Positions 63,085 through 64,000 of a stretch of DNA of 64,000 nucleotides are shown piece by piece (positions within the stretch are counted from its first letter, which is position 1; every line of letters starts with the position of its first letter). Source of the stretch: a virus (Duplodnaviria > Caudoviricetes); IMG/VR virus record IMGVR_UViG_3300037047_000246. The stretch is one strand, 5' to 3'. The translations under genes and the position numbers were made by a program. The notes under the pieces were generated by a model that was not told the origin of the DNA, ran no database searches, and saw only the letters and a program-made list of their open reading frames with translations.

Positions 63085-64000
63085 TTACGTCAGCTGCATC
63101 ACCCACCGCTTCTTTCCCAGGTCCCAAATCTTCGTGTAACCCTGAGACTCCCTTAGTTTGCTTTCTGTCGCCTCGCATCCAGGCGGTTTGCGCAAGGCGC
63201 TTTTGTGCCATCTTTTTTGGCCGCGCGTCCAGTAGTAGTCAGGAGCAACGTCGCCGTCGAAGACAAAACCTAGCTTTTCGTAGACCGAGCCAGTGAACAG
63301 CCTGTTATCAGAGAAGCTCACCACAGACCCGCTGCGACCTTCGGCAAACTCACGAAGCAGTTTGTGCCAAATTCCGTGCACCCGGTACCTGGGATTCGAA
63401 GCCATGCGCACCAGTTCCCAACTGTGCTTAGACTGGCGCGTAGGCTTTTTGAAGCTCACGCATGCCACCACTTCTCCGTTCACTGCTGCGCTGAAATTGA
63501 ACTTGGCGCAGCAGCCGCCAAGGTAGTGGTGTTTGTCGTAGAAAGCGTCCGCTTGCGCAGCCTGGATTCGCCCCACTTGCGTCTTGCTCGGGCGCATAGG
63601 TAAACAGTCCAGTCGGCCGACCCTGTTCAAGATCAGGTTCCCAAACACTTCCCGTTTGTTCGCCCATTCGTCTTCGAATATGGACAACATCCCCCACCCG
63701 CATCGCATTGCTTGCGCAAACTTCCGCGCGTCTCTATTGTGAGACTGTTTTCCGGAGTGCCACCGAAGTCCGTTGTGCTCTATGAGAATGCGCTTGCTCG
63801 GCACGCCCACGTCGTACTTCATTCCGTCGACTTCGAACTCTGCCTGTGCATGCACTCCGTTGGCAGCAAGGAAGTCAAGGATGCCTTGTTGCCCGGAGGA
63901 GACTCGGCTGCTCGCACATCCGCAGTTCAAGGAAATTCCCCGCTTGATGTCGTTCATGCGAGGTCTGTATGTTGCGCCACATGCCGGGCACATGGCGTCG
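63085..64000 (-). CDS. putative homing endonuclease (Zn ribbon, DUF559-like nuclease, GNAT/Hef-like), 5'-truncated by the window edge
   Basis: CPACG..SLNCGC; YDVGVPSKRILIEHNGLRWHS; HHYLG..WELVRM..SFSDNRLFTG.VY..GF..PDYYW; frame open to the window end. Confidence 0.85.
   Translation of the reverse strand, partial: DAMCPACGATYRPRMNDIKRGISLNCGCASSRVSSGQQGILDFLAANGVHAQAEFEVDGMKYDVGVPSKRILIEHNGLRWHSGKQSHNRDARKFAQAMRCGWGMLSIFEDEWANKREVFGNLILNRVGRLDCLPMRPSKTQVGRIQAAQADAFYDKHHYLGGCCAKFNFSAAVNGEVVACVSFKKPTRQSKHSWELVRMASNPRYRVHGIWHKLLREFAEGRSGSVVSFSDNRLFTGSVYEKLGFVFDGDVAPDYYWTRGQKRWHKSALRKPPGCEATESKLRESQGYTKIWDLGKKRWVMQLT

Noticed and set aside
1-64000. Ordinary bacterial chromosome or eukaryotic giant-virus origin
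   Set aside because: Dense small hypothetical genes with ATGA coupling, SD sites, homing nucleases, bacterial-type HolA/HolB, ThyX and sigma-like genes, and no host housekeeping operons point to a bacteriophage, although no structural hallmark gene lies in this window.

Overview
A 64 kb segment of a large, GC-rich dsDNA bacteriophage (jumbo-phage-like) using the standard genetic code. No capsid, terminase, tail, rRNA, tRNA or CRISPR features were recognised. Host-type lipoproteins point to a myxobacterial (Polyangiaceae-like) host (inference). (1) 1-15 kb is a tightly coupled + strand block of small, mostly hypothetical early-type genes. It carries a recurrent G(G/C/A)A-rich-N15-CGTAC-N5-8-GGAGG promoter-like motif, and many unrelated proteins share a C-terminal V(Q/M/H)(E/D/Q/S)x motif. 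(2) 15-17.1 kb is a structured, largely non-coding locus with tandem hairpins, a perfect 50-bp palindrome (16766-16815), an AT-rich tract and 3x15-bp repeats: an origin, telomere-resolution or terminus candidate. (3) 17-38 kb is accessory: Cys-repeat lipoprotein, 22-aa repeat protein, frameshifted J-domain-kinase/vWA pair, HNH, SPL-like radical SAM, XRE, DUF3307 and a PG-binding lysin. (4) 38-64 kb holds nucleotide metabolism, transcription and replication genes: dNMP kinase, DHH phosphoesterase, double-domain ThyX, a PurZ-type synthetase, two sigma-like proteins (one with a large Zn-finger insertion and a DnaA-C-like tail), HolB/HolA-like clamp-loader subunits, class II RNR, a minimal NAD+ ligase and three nuclease-GNAT (Mom/Hef-like) fusions. 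The PurZ-type gene has Ser at the PurA catalytic Asp position and an NF motif in place of TKLD. Headline hypothesis: a large phage making 2-aminoadenine (Z) DNA with a Pol III-type replisome and its own unusual sigma system. All assignments come from reading motifs by eye; no database search was run.
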